Shown here: piece after piece, positions 1 through 8,144 of the stretch | Position numbering within the stretch: position 1 is the first letter of the stretch | How the letters are laid out: each line of letters begins with the position of its first letter | DNA from: Actinomycetota bacterium | GTDB taxonomy: Bacteria > Actinomycetota > CADDZG01 > JAHWKV01 > JAOPZY01 | Reading direction: 5' to 3' | Assembly: GCA_025963875.1 (NCBI GenBank) | Contig: JAOPZY010000184.1 | Coordinates: 1-34,829 of the forward strand | Length of the DNA stretch: 34,829 nucleotides | Position numbers and translations under genes: made by a program | The notes under the pieces: generated by a model | What the model was told of the DNA's origin: nothing | Seen by the model: only the letters and a program-made list of their open reading frames with translations | Databases searched by the model: none

Positions 1-2
1 CC

Positions 3-47
3 ATCGACGGCGAGGCCATCGTCATCTACTGGCGGCGCCTACCGTAG
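3..47 (+). CDS. C-terminal fragment of a gene starting before the window (IDGEAIVIYWRRLP*), possibly a GNAT-type protein
   Basis: Open frame with GC3-rich codons (atc gac ggc gag gcc atc gtc atc tac) ending at TAG 45-47; too short for a product call. Confidence 0.4.
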   Translation: MDGEAIVIYWRRLP

Positions 48-389
48 CCTTGCTTGACATGGACGCGTGCTGTCGCGCGCGCCCAGACCCCGTGGCCACG
101 AGGATAGTCCGTGATCGCGCAGATACGCGCGATAGGCGACTAACCTAACCTCCAAGTCCACCAGTAGGGGCACACGCCATTTCATACCTCGTGGGTGGCC
201 GGCACAGGCATATGGACTTTGAGCATATTCTGGCGTATAACACCACTTTTTACTCACAGACACTGAAGAGCAAGTCAAGAACATCCGCCTATGGCAGTGC
301 TGGGGTGAAATAGGTCTCAATATCAGCCCTCAGCACACAAAGAAGATCCCGTCGTCGAGGCGGCCAGGTCATCAAGACGAGGGCCAGGC

Positions 390-1259
390 TCAGTGCAGGG
401 CGCTGAGGACCGCCGCGGCGGCGGCCTGCATGCCGAGGACGTTCGGGTGCACCGGGGCGGCGGGCATCGTCGGTACCAACCCCTCGACCCACCGGACGCC
501 GTAGTCCTGGCACAGGTCGTGACCGATCGTGGGGCTGTAGGTGTCGACGAAGGTTGCCCCGTTGGCGGAGGCCTGAGCGGCGAGCATCTGGTTGACCTGC
601 TCCTCCACGCCCCGCAGGTAGGAGAAGTCACCCACGGCGATCGGGGTGAACGGCCAGCAGCCCGGCCCGTTCACGGGCATGACGTCGATGTAGCCCACCA
701 GCAGGACCCTGGCCTGGGGCGACCGCTGGTGGATTCCCTGCAGCACGGCAGCGACCTTGGGTGCCGTGGCAGCGATAGCGGCAGCGAGGACATCCGTCCC
801 ACCTTCCGTGTAGTGCTCCCTGCATGGAGCCCCGAACGGGTTGAGGAGGGCTAGGGCGACGCAAGTCGTCACGACGCTGGCGAAGCCGATGTCGTTGCCG
901 CCGATCGTGACGCTCACGAGGCTGGCGTCGGGGCCGAGGGCGTCGAACTGGGGTGGCACGAGGGTGAAGGGATTGGTCTGCTGGCTCTGGGTCATGTCGA
1001 TGGTTCTCGCTCCCGAGCAGGTGGCATCCCGGAAGGAACTGAAGTGCACGGCGTCGGCCACCAGGGACGGGTAGTTGTGGTCGGACCGCTGGCAGGCGGA
1101 GTGCACCACGTTCGGGATCCCCGGCCCGGCCGCATACGAGTCCCCCAGGGCGACGTACGCGTTGGGGGTGGTGACCGCGGTGGAAGGGAGGGCCTGGGCC
1201 AGCAGGCCGGCACCAGCGAGCAGCAGGCTACAGATACCCAAAACACCTTTACGTCGCAT
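390..1259 (-). CDS. Secreted SGNH/GDSL hydrolase (Streptomyces lipase/esterase type)
   Basis: Signal peptide MRRKGVLGICSLLLAGAGLLAQA; blocks YVALGDSY, TCSGA, TIGGND, HPNVLG; six Cys in the mature part; start could also be ATG 1274. Confidence 0.9.
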   Translation of the reverse strand: MRRKGVLGICSLLLAGAGLLAQALPSTAVTTPNAYVALGDSYAAGPGIPNVVHSACQRSDHNYPSLVADAVHFSSFRDATCSGARTIDMTQSQQTNPFTLVPPQFDALGPDASLVSVTIGGNDIGFASVVTTCVALALLNPFGAPCREHYTEGGTDVLAAAIAATAPKVAAVLQGIHQRSPQARVLLVGYIDVMPVNGPGCWPFTPIAVGDFSYLRGVEEQVNQMLAAQASANGATFVDTYSPTIGHDLCQDYGVRWVEGLVPTMPAAPVHPNVLGMQAAAAAVLSALH

Positions 1260-1326
1260 GCCGGACGATCTCATTTCCCCCCATCCTTTCACCGGGAAAC
1301 GCCGCGGGAAGTCCGCGGCTCTGGCT

Positions 1327-1935
1327 CTAGCTGAAATGGACGCCGTCCCGGCAGCGGGGCAGCCTGGCGGCGCAATAGGCCCCGACCCAGTCGGTGGCGA
1401 TGGCGTGCTGTGCCTGGGCGAGCGGAACCCGCCCGGCGCAGACGTCGCTGCGGAGCTGGTTCTCGAGTTCGTCCTTAGCGAAGCTCGTGGCATGGGGCTC
1501 GTCCCAGAAGTTGGCGATGTCGTCCGGGGCGCCCCCGAGCTCGAGGGCGATCAGGTGGTCGCCCTCGTAGTTCGAGAGCGAGTCCGTGACGCCGTAGGCC
1601 GTCGCAGCGACTCGTTTGAGGCGGTTCGATTCGCTGACCGGGGGCCGGATGGTCGTGGTGTACCCCGGCACGCAGATCGTCTGGTTGATGGTCGCCGGGG
1701 TCACCGCGGGGTTGAGGGAGCCCGGGGTGCAGGCGGGGTCGGGGAGGGGGCCGCGGGCTTGGCATGCCGTGGAGGGCGTCGCGGCGGCAATACCTTCCGG
1801 TACCACCGAGCCCGCAGTCAGCGTGGCCTGGGATGTCTGGGGAGCCAGCACGGAGGGCCCGATCCCCGTCGCCTGGGACCCGCACTCTGCGGCGGCAAGC
1901 GTCCCAAGGAGCAGCACCGTCAGGCAATGTCGCAT
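1327..1935 (-). CDS. Exported HNH-like (beta-beta-alpha-Me) protein
   Basis: Hydrophobic N-terminus ending in Cys (MRHCLTVLLLGTLAAAEC); LPDPACTPG; ICVPGYT..IRPP; EGDHLIALELGG..NFWDEP..KDELEN..VC; C-terminal part of ORF 1327..2697. Confidence 0.7.
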   Translation of the reverse strand: MRHCLTVLLLGTLAAAECGSQATGIGPSVLAPQTSQATLTAGSVVPEGIAAATPSTACQARGPLPDPACTPGSLNPAVTPATINQTICVPGYTTTIRPPVSESNRLKRVAATAYGVTDSLSNYEGDHLIALELGGAPDDIANFWDEPHATSFAKDELENQLRSDVCAGRVPLAQAQHAIATDWVGAYCAARLPRCRDGVHFS

Positions 1936-1944
1936 GCGGTGAGC

Positions 1945-1961
1945 ATCGTACGCGATAGTCT
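1945..1961. promoter_or_regulatory. Back-to-back -10 elements of a compact divergent promoter
   Basis: TAGTCT (+, 1956-1961) 7 nt before GTG 1969; TACGAT (-, 1950-1945) 9 nt before ATG 1935; no SD sequences in the 33 bp gap. Confidence 0.5.
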
Positions 1962-1968
1962 GTCGCCC

Positions 1969-3036
1969 GTGGAATACCGCACGCTGGGAAGGACGGGGCT
2001 GCGCCTCAGCGCCTACGGTCTCGGGGGCATGATGTTCGGTGCGTGGGGCAATCCCGACGTCGACGAGTGCACCCGGATGATCGACCTGGCCCTCGAGTCG
2101 GGCATCAACTTCATCGACACCGCCGACACCTACGGCTCGGGCGAGTCCGAGGAGATCATCGGCAAGGCGCTGCTCGGACGCCGGGACGAGGTGGTCCTCG
2201 GGTCGATGTACAGCTCGATGAGCAAGGAGCGCACCGAGCGCGGCAACTCCCGGCTGTGGATCCTGCGGGGGGTCGAGGCGAGCCTGCGGCGCCTCCAGAC
2301 GGACCACATCGACATCTACCAGCTCCACCGGCCCGACCCCCTGACCGACATCGAGGAGACCCTCACCGCCCTCGACGACCTGGTCCATCAGGGCAAGATC
2401 CGCTACGTCGGCACCTCGACCTACCCGGCCTGGGAGCTGGTCGAGGCCTACTGGGTCAGCGAACGCCGCGGCCTTGCCCGGGTCGTCTGCGAGCAGACCC
2501 CCTACTCGATCTTCGCCCGGGAGCCCGAGCGCGACGTCTTTCCCGTCACCCAGCGCTACGGCATGGGCGTGCTGGTGTGGAGCCCCCTCGCCGGCGGCTG
2601 GCTGACCGGCAAGTATCAACGGGGCAAGCCCATCCCCGAGGACTCCCGTATCGCCAGGGCCGCCACATGGGGTCCGAAGGGGGCGGCTCGCTATCACCTT
2701 GACCGCCCAGGCAATCAGCGCAAACTAGACCTTCTGGATAAGCTGGCGAAGGTCGCCGAGCAGGCCGGCCTCTCCCTCACCCACATGGCCGTCGCCTTTA
2801 CCCTGGTCCACCCGGCCGTCACCACGACGATCCTCGGGCCGCGGACGTACGAGCAGCTCAGGGACCTGATCGGCGGGGCGATGATCCGCCTCGACCCCGA
2901 CACCCTCGACGCCATCGACCGGATCGTCAGCCCGGGAACAATCGTCGAGCGGGCTGACCGGGGATGGAACCCGCCCTGGATGGCCCGAAGGGCCCGCCGG
3001 CGGGACCTCTCGACGCCCGCTCGCGTCCAGATCTGA
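1969..3036 (+). CDS. Aldo/keto reductase family protein
   Basis: MEYRTLGRTGL, GINFIDTADTYG.G.SEE, SLRRLQTDHIDIYQLH, GKIRYVGTS, WSPLAGGWLTGKY; GTG start. Confidence 0.92.
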   Translation: MEYRTLGRTGLRLSAYGLGGMMFGAWGNPDVDECTRMIDLALESGINFIDTADTYGSGESEEIIGKALLGRRDEVVLGSMYSSMSKERTERGNSRLWILRGVEASLRRLQTDHIDIYQLHRPDPLTDIEETLTALDDLVHQGKIRYVGTSTYPAWELVEAYWVSERRGLARVVCEQTPYSIFAREPERDVFPVTQRYGMGVLVWSPLAGGWLTGKYQRGKPIPEDSRIARAATWGPKGAARYHLDRPGNQRKLDLLDKLAKVAEQAGLSLTHMAVAFTLVHPAVTTTILGPRTYEQLRDLIGGAMIRLDPDTLDAIDRIVSPGTIVERADRGWNPPWMARRARRRDLSTPARVQI

Positions 3037-3130
3037 GCTCGCCGGCCCCGACGTCCGGTCGGTCGCGGGAGCACTCGGCGCATGTGGGCGTTTTCTCTCT
3101 GATGTTCCGGAAAGAATGACATGGCGGCCC

Positions 3131-3155
3131 TATCAAACGTGAGCCAGCCGGCTCT
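3131..3155 (+). promoter_or_regulatory. Putative ECF-type promoter TATCA-N17-TCT (leaderless)
   Basis: cTATCA 3130-3135, TCT 3153-3155, GTG start 6 nt later; same spacing recurs at 4354 and 28764. Confidence 0.45.
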
Positions 3156-3161
3156 CACCTA

Positions 3162-3683
3162 GTGGAGATGGAAACCTACGAGAGCATGAACGAGAACCCA
3201 AAGGGCCGGGAGGTGACTGACGAGATGATGCTCGCTACCCTCCGAGAGGCGGCTGCGGTCAGGGAGCCCGTGCCGGCCAGCGTCCTCCAGGCTGCCCGCG
3301 ACGCCTTCGCCTGGCGACGTATCGATGCCGAGCTCGCTGAATTGGTGGCGGACTCGGCCTTCGAGATGGCGCCCGCCGGGACCCGCGGCGGATGGGAGCC
3401 TCGACACGTGACGTTTGAGGTACCCGGCGGGACCGCGTTGGAGTTGGAAGCCTCTTGCCACGGCGCCGGCATCCGCCTCGTTGGTCAGGTAGTACCCGCC
3501 CGGCCGGGGACCGCCGAGGTGCAGCACCCCGGAGGCAGCGTCGCCGTCGAGGTCGACGAGGTGGGTCGCTTCGCCGCCCACGGCATCCGGCCGGGCCCCA
3601 TGCGGGTCAAGCTCCGACTGGTCACCCCGGACCCGACATGTACGTCACAGCTCGAGATCGTGACCGCCTCCCTGACCCTCTGA
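3162..3683 (+). CDS. Conserved actinobacterial protein with C-terminal carboxypeptidase-regulatory-like beta-sandwich; putative soluble anti-sigma factor
   Basis: EPVP..V..AARDAFAWRRIDAELAELVADS motif; LVGQVVP; VDEVGRF...IRPGPMRV; family recalled as lying beside ECF sigma/CHAT/S8 genes. Confidence 0.7.
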   Translation: MEMETYESMNENPKGREVTDEMMLATLREAAAVREPVPASVLQAARDAFAWRRIDAELAELVADSAFEMAPAGTRGGWEPRHVTFEVPGGTALELEASCHGAGIRLVGQVVPARPGTAEVQHPGGSVAVEVDEVGRFAAHGIRPGPMRVKLRLVTPDPTCTSQLEIVTASLTL

Positions 3684-3702
3684 GGTAGCAGCTAAAACCC
3701 GC

Positions 3703-3730
3703 AGCCCGCTCAGCGGGCTTTTTTTCTTTT
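3703..3730 (+). terminator. Intrinsic terminator
   Basis: AGCCCGC-tca-GCGGGCT stem-loop followed by a T-rich run, between convergent genes. Confidence 0.85.
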
Positions 3731-3752
3731 GTCAGGGTGATGCGAGAGATCT

Positions 3753-4322
3753 TCAGGCCGCAGCGTTCAGGCGGTGGGGGACTCCCAGGGTCGCGAGCAG
3801 GAGGTCCACCAGAGTGCCGTCGAGCTGGGCATCGGCCACCCGGCGCAGCTCCTGGACGGCGGCGACCGGGCTGCATCCCGCCCGGTACGGGCGGTCCGAG
3901 ACCAGAGCGTCGTAGGAGTCGGCGACCGAGACCAGCCGGGTCAGCCAAGGCAGCGACGGCCACTCGTCGAACCGGTCGTGGTGGTGCGCCACCACGTGGA
4001 GGATGTCGGGAGGCGCGAAGCTGCGGACCATGCGGGCGCCGCTCAAGGTGTGGCCATCCATGACGCGGGCCTCCGCCTCGCTGAGTGCGGCCGGCTTGTT
4101 GATGAGTGCGGTCGGCACGGTGAGCTTGCCCACGTCGTGGAGCAGCCCGGCCAGGCCGGCAGCCTGGCGGACCGCCGCCGGGGCGCCGGCCTGTGCGGCC
4201 ATTGTCCGGGCCAGGCGGGCCACCCTCCAGGAGTGGCGGAGCGTGCCGGCGTCATGCTCGCCGAGGAGGGACGCCATCTGCGTCACCTCAGCTCCTGCAA
4301 CCGCTCCGATGATGGTTTCCAT
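3753..4322 (-). CDS. Stand-alone HD-GYP family protein lacking the GYP loop
   Basis: D..T..HS.RV, AGLLHDVGK, NKPA.LS..E, HHHDRFD, VADSYDALVSDRPYR, QLDG; ATG at 4322. Confidence 0.85.
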   Translation of the reverse strand: METIIGAVAGAEVTQMASLLGEHDAGTLRHSWRVARLARTMAAQAGAPAAVRQAAGLAGLLHDVGKLTVPTALINKPAALSEAEARVMDGHTLSGARMVRSFAPPDILHVVAHHHDRFDEWPSLPWLTRLVSVADSYDALVSDRPYRAGCSPVAAVQELRRVADAQLDGTLVDLLLATLGVPHRLNAAA

Positions 4323-4329
4323 ATCTTTT

Positions 4330-4355
4330 AGATGCCGCACCTTCCGAAGTGATAC
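4330..4355 (-). promoter_or_regulatory. Putative ECF-type promoter GTATCA-N17-TCT (leaderless)
   Basis: Minus strand gTATCA 4355-4350, TCT 4332-4330, ATG 7 nt later. Confidence 0.45.
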
Positions 4356-4393
4356 GTCGCGTTGGCACCCGGGGGATTGAAGAGGATTGATCA

Positions 4394-5179
4394 ATGGGAC
4401 GGGAACAGCGTTTTGTCTTCGGGGAGGTGGCGGACCTCTACGACCGGGCCCGGCCCGGGTATCCGGGGGCCCTGGTGGACGATGTTCTCGGCCTCTGTGG
4501 CCTGGCGGCTCCGAGGGTCCTTGAGGTGGGCGCGGGCACGGGGAAGGCAACGGTCGCCTTTGCCGCCCGGGGCCTCGAGATCGTGGCCCTGGAGCCGACG
4601 CCGGAGATGGCGGCGGTCGCCGCCCGGAACTGCGCGGCCTTCCCCGGAGTCACCGTCGAGGTCGCGACGTTCGAGGAATGGCAGGGCAGGGGCACCGGTT
4701 TCGACCTGGTGCTCGCCGCCCAGTCCTGGCAGTGGCTACGCCCCGGCGTGCGCTGCCGGAAGGCCCACGAGGAACTGAGGGCCGGGGGAGCCCTGGCGCT
4801 GTTCTGGAACATCCCGCTCTGGGAGGACGCCGGGCTGCGGGCCGAACTCGACGCGGTCTACGAGCGGCACGCTCCGGAGCTTGTGGCTATGGGGGCGTTC
4901 CCGGGCCTGCGGGTCTCGAAAGAAATGGCATCGATGCGTGAGGAACTCGACACCTCAGGCCTCTTCGAACCCCTCACCCAATCCCTGTACCGATGGTCCG
5001 TTGCCTACAGCGTCGAGGGCTGGCTCGATCTGCTGAACACGCACTCGGACCACCGGTTGCTGCCGGAAGCCAGGCGCCTGGCCCTCTTGGACGCCGTGGC
5101 CGAGGCGCTCAATCGGAGAGGCGGCGCCTTCGAGATGGCCTACGAGACGCAGCTCTACCTGGCACGTGCGCTGGTCTGA
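4394..5179 (+). CDS. Class I SAM-dependent methyltransferase
   Basis: F..VADLYDRARPGYP, VLEVGAGTGKAT motif I, ALEP...M, FDLV. Confidence 0.9.
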   Translation: MGREQRFVFGEVADLYDRARPGYPGALVDDVLGLCGLAAPRVLEVGAGTGKATVAFAARGLEIVALEPTPEMAAVAARNCAAFPGVTVEVATFEEWQGRGTGFDLVLAAQSWQWLRPGVRCRKAHEELRAGGALALFWNIPLWEDAGLRAELDAVYERHAPELVAMGAFPGLRVSKEMASMREELDTSGLFEPLTQSLYRWSVAYSVEGWLDLLNTHSDHRLLPEARRLALLDAVAEALNRRGGAFEMAYETQLYLARALV

Positions 5180-5217
5180 GCCGGAAAAGGGCGCGCGTCA
5201 CCCAGGAGGACCCGCGG

Positions 5218-7767
5218 TCAGGGCGTATAGGTGAACTTGTCGCCGGCGGTGACCGCGCTTTGGCCCCCGTACGTAGTTACTCGGACGTCGACAACGGTGC
5301 CAGCGGCTGCCGCAGGCGCCTTGCACGTGATGGACGTCACCGAGGTCACGGTGCAGGCGGCGATGTTGGCCCCGAAGCTGACCGTGAGGGGTGCAAACGT
5401 GGTGGCGATGAAGTTGTTTCCCGTAATAACGACTGACACGGTAGCGGTTGCAGCCCCACTGCCGGTGGCCGGGCTCAGGCTACTGATGGAGGGTGGGGGC
5501 GGCGGCTGGTACTGGAAGGACGGACCACCGTCGCTGTGGCCCCCAGCAGTGGTGACCACCACCGCTGCGTTGGCCCCCGCCAACGTGGATTGCGGCGGCG
5601 TCGTGACCATCAGCGTGGTGTCGTTGACGGGCGTAACCTGCGCGGCGACTCCGTTGAAGGTCACGGAAGGGGCGGAGCCGAAGTTGATGCCATGGATGGT
5701 CACGGACGTGCCGCCGTTCCACGGCCCCGTGTTCGGGGTGAGGCTGCTGCTGTTGTTGTTGGTGATCCCGGGCCCGTAGTCGAACTGCTGGTCGTTGGGT
5801 GCCGGGTTGGATGTGCCGACGGGGGTTGTCACGACGATGTCGAACTCCTGCACCCCGAAGAAGGGAGGCGAGATCGCCGTGATCTGGCCGTCGGAGTCGA
5901 CGTGGAAGCTCTGGGCGGGCTGACTACCGAAGATGACCTTGCTGGTTCCCGTGAAGCTGCTGCCCGTGAGCTTCACCGGGGTGCCGCCCCCGACCGGCCC
6001 GAACAGGGGGCTGACGGTCGCGATGGTCGGCCCCACGTAGGTGAAGTTGACCCCGGCGCCGCTCGTGCCTCCTGGTCCGCTGACCGTGACCGGCACCGCC
6101 CCCGTGCCGGGTGGCGCCGTGACGGTGATCTGGGTGCCCGCCTCGGCGACGACTCCCGAACCCTGCTGGGCGGAGGTGACGCTGAAGGGGGAGGCGGTGT
6201 TGCTGCCGAACCGCACCAGCGTGGCCCCGCTGAAGTTGGAGCCGTTGATGGTCACCTGGATCCCCGAGGGACCCGAGGCCGGGCTGATGCCTCGCACAAC
6301 AGGAGCAGACGGCGGCGGGGGCGGCGGGCTCTTACTGGGGGCCGGCGTGGGGGCCGGCGCCGGGATGGGGGCGCTGGGGGGGCCCACTGCGATGGTGGTC
6401 GGCGTGGTGGTCTTGGTCTGCCCACTGGCGTTCTTGCTGGTCGTCGGCGGCGTCACGAGCACGCCCTGGGTCCCGGTGATCTTCCCCCCCTTGCCTGCGG
6501 CCATCGGGAAGAAGAGGGGCGCGACGCTCTTGCCGGTCGCTCCGTCGCTTGGTGACGGCACCGGGGAACCTGCCGGGGTGTCGGTGGCGGGGGATGGGGT
6601 GTCCGTCGATCCCTGATCCGGCACCGACGGCGAGGTCTGCACGATCGACTGATCGGACCTCGACGCGAGCACGTGGCTGCCGGCAGTGTTGGACATGACA
6701 CCGAGCCATCCGGCCCCCGCCACCGCGATCGCCGTGACGGCGGCGGCCGCCGGGGCGGCGGACCCGTGCAGCAGGTGCTCGGCCCTGCGGACGAGGCCGC
6801 TCATCGGCGCCAGCCCGAGCAGGGCCCCCCCGAAGGGCACCTTGGCCTTCTCGACCTCGATGAGGGCCTCGACCAGGTCGGCGTCGAGCTGGGTGCCGGC
6901 GACGGCCCGGAGCTCCATGAACGCCTCTTCTCGGGAGCGTCCCGGCCGGTAGGCCCGGTCGGAGATGAGCGCGTCGTAGGTATCGACCACGGGCACAAGG
7001 CGGGCGATCAGCGGCAGCGCGTCGCCGTCGACCCCGTCGGGGTACCCGGCGCCGTCCACCCGCTCGTGGTGGTGGCGGACTGCGTTGACGACGTCGGCAC
7101 CGATGTAGGGGGAGACCAGGGCTGCCCCCACCGTGGGGTGGGTCCGCACGAGGTCGGCCTCGTCGGGGTCCAGGGGACCGGGCTTGTTCAGGATCGAGGT
7201 CGGGATCTCCAGCTTGCCGATGTCGTGGAGGAGTCCGGCCAGGCGGGCCAGCTCGCACTCCTCGGGAGACAGGCCGATCTTCTGGCCCACCTCGACCGAG
7301 AGCCTCGACACCCGGCCCGAGTGCGCCCGGGTGTAGATGTCCCGCCGGGCCAGCTCACGGGAGAGGTCTAGCAGCGCCTTCTGCGCCTCGCGCGACGGTG
7401 CGGCAGGGGTCTGCCGCAGGCGGTCGATGATGGCCTGGACGTTGCGATGGGCGATGCGGTGGCGAATCCAGCGCAGCGGAAGGAAGTTCGCCGGGCCTGA
7501 GCCCGGCAGGCCGACCCGCCGCCAGGCAGCCTCGACCACAGCCGCGGCGCCGAGTCCGGCGAAGATGGCCTCGGCAATGGTCAGTGCGGCAGCAGCCAGC
7601 GAAGCCGCCCTCGACGCGTGGGGAACCTGTGGGGGGCCCAGCAGGAGGGCGGCGGCAATGGCAGCGATCGCCGGGATCACGAGGCCGCCCAGCGTGGCGA
7701 TGACCGTCAGCCAGAAGGGGTGTGGGGGAGGAGGCGTCACCTCGGCGAGCGTCCTGCTCGCGGGCAT
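5218..7767 (-). CDS. Membrane HD-GYP phosphodiesterase with Pro/Thr/Ser-rich stalk and four IPT/TIG repeats
   Basis: Two N-terminal TM helices; D.YT.AHS.RV, LLHDIGK, HHERVDGAGYPDG, DTYDAL..DRAYR; third hydrophobic segment; four P.I..(I/V/L)(S/T)P..G...V.I.G.NF...F.Y repeats; GATAAT 6 nt before ATG 7767 (alternative start 7800). Confidence 0.88.
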   Translation of the reverse strand: MPASRTLAEVTPPPPHPFWLTVIATLGGLVIPAIAAIAAALLLGPPQVPHASRAASLAAAALTIAEAIFAGLGAAAVVEAAWRRVGLPGSGPANFLPLRWIRHRIAHRNVQAIIDRLRQTPAAPSREAQKALLDLSRELARRDIYTRAHSGRVSRLSVEVGQKIGLSPEECELARLAGLLHDIGKLEIPTSILNKPGPLDPDEADLVRTHPTVGAALVSPYIGADVVNAVRHHHERVDGAGYPDGVDGDALPLIARLVPVVDTYDALISDRAYRPGRSREEAFMELRAVAGTQLDADLVEALIEVEKAKVPFGGALLGLAPMSGLVRRAEHLLHGSAAPAAAAVTAIAVAGAGWLGVMSNTAGSHVLASRSDQSIVQTSPSVPDQGSTDTPSPATDTPAGSPVPSPSDGATGKSVAPLFFPMAAGKGGKITGTQGVLVTPPTTSKNASGQTKTTTPTTIAVGPPSAPIPAPAPTPAPSKSPPPPPPSAPVVRGISPASGPSGIQVTINGSNFSGATLVRFGSNTASPFSVTSAQQGSGVVAEAGTQITVTAPPGTGAVPVTVSGPGGTSGAGVNFTYVGPTIATVSPLFGPVGGGTPVKLTGSSFTGTSKVIFGSQPAQSFHVDSDGQITAISPPFFGVQEFDIVVTTPVGTSNPAPNDQQFDYGPGITNNNSSSLTPNTGPWNGGTSVTIHGINFGSAPSVTFNGVAAQVTPVNDTTLMVTTPPQSTLAGANAAVVVTTAGGHSDGGPSFQYQPPPPPSISSLSPATGSGAATATVSVVITGNNFIATTFAPLTVSFGANIAACTVTSVTSITCKAPAAAAGTVVDVRVTTYGGQSAVTAGDKFTYTP

Positions 7768-7839
7768 ACGCCTATTATCTTCGGGTTGAAAATGATTCAT
7801 GGCCGCGGCCCCCAACCGTAGCGGAGTACTTAGGAGTCT

Positions 7840-7855
7840 ACCCCTGGTCAGGGGT
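7840..7855. promoter_or_regulatory. Palindromic operator-like site
   Basis: ACCCCTG-GT-CAGGGGT perfect 7 bp inverted repeat in the divergent intergenic region. Confidence 0.4.
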
Positions 7856-8144
7856 GTCCACATGCCGCTTACTTGACAAAGGGCGTTAGAGTTCTCTCAT
7901 AGCCCACCTTTGGCTAGAACCGGAACCTCCAAACGGTGACGCTCAGCGGGTGGGCCCCCACGCACCAAACCGGCTCCGGATCGTGCGGTCGGAGGCAGTG
8001 ATCCGTTTGCACCGATCGGATGCCGGGGGAAGTCCTCCGCATATACTCGGGAGCGACAGCTTCTATGTTGTCTGGTCAGCCGTGTTCCACGTTCCTAACG
8101 AAGTTCCAGGGTTCAGCGATGGGGGACGAGGGATGGGGAGAGCA

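Noticed and set aside
39..320. 93 aa minus-strand ORF with LVAYRAYLRDHGLS, reminiscent of an integrase/Xer N-terminus
   Set aside because: The similarity covers only a dozen residues, there are no catalytic motifs and codon usage is atypical; not supportable
1075..1968. Long N-terminal extension of the AKR ORF (653 aa in the track)
   Set aside because: It is the antisense shadow of the SGNH and HNH-like genes; the family N-terminus begins at GTG 1969
4374..4390. GGATTGA direct repeat before the methyltransferase
   Set aside because: Only 7 bp twice and it overlaps the likely SD; cannot be separated from chance
7768..7830. Possible WhiG/FliA-type promoter (CCGAAGA) upstream of the HD-GYP-IPT gene
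   Set aside because: No TAAA/TCAA -35 at the right spacing; GATAAT next to the ATG explains the start more simply
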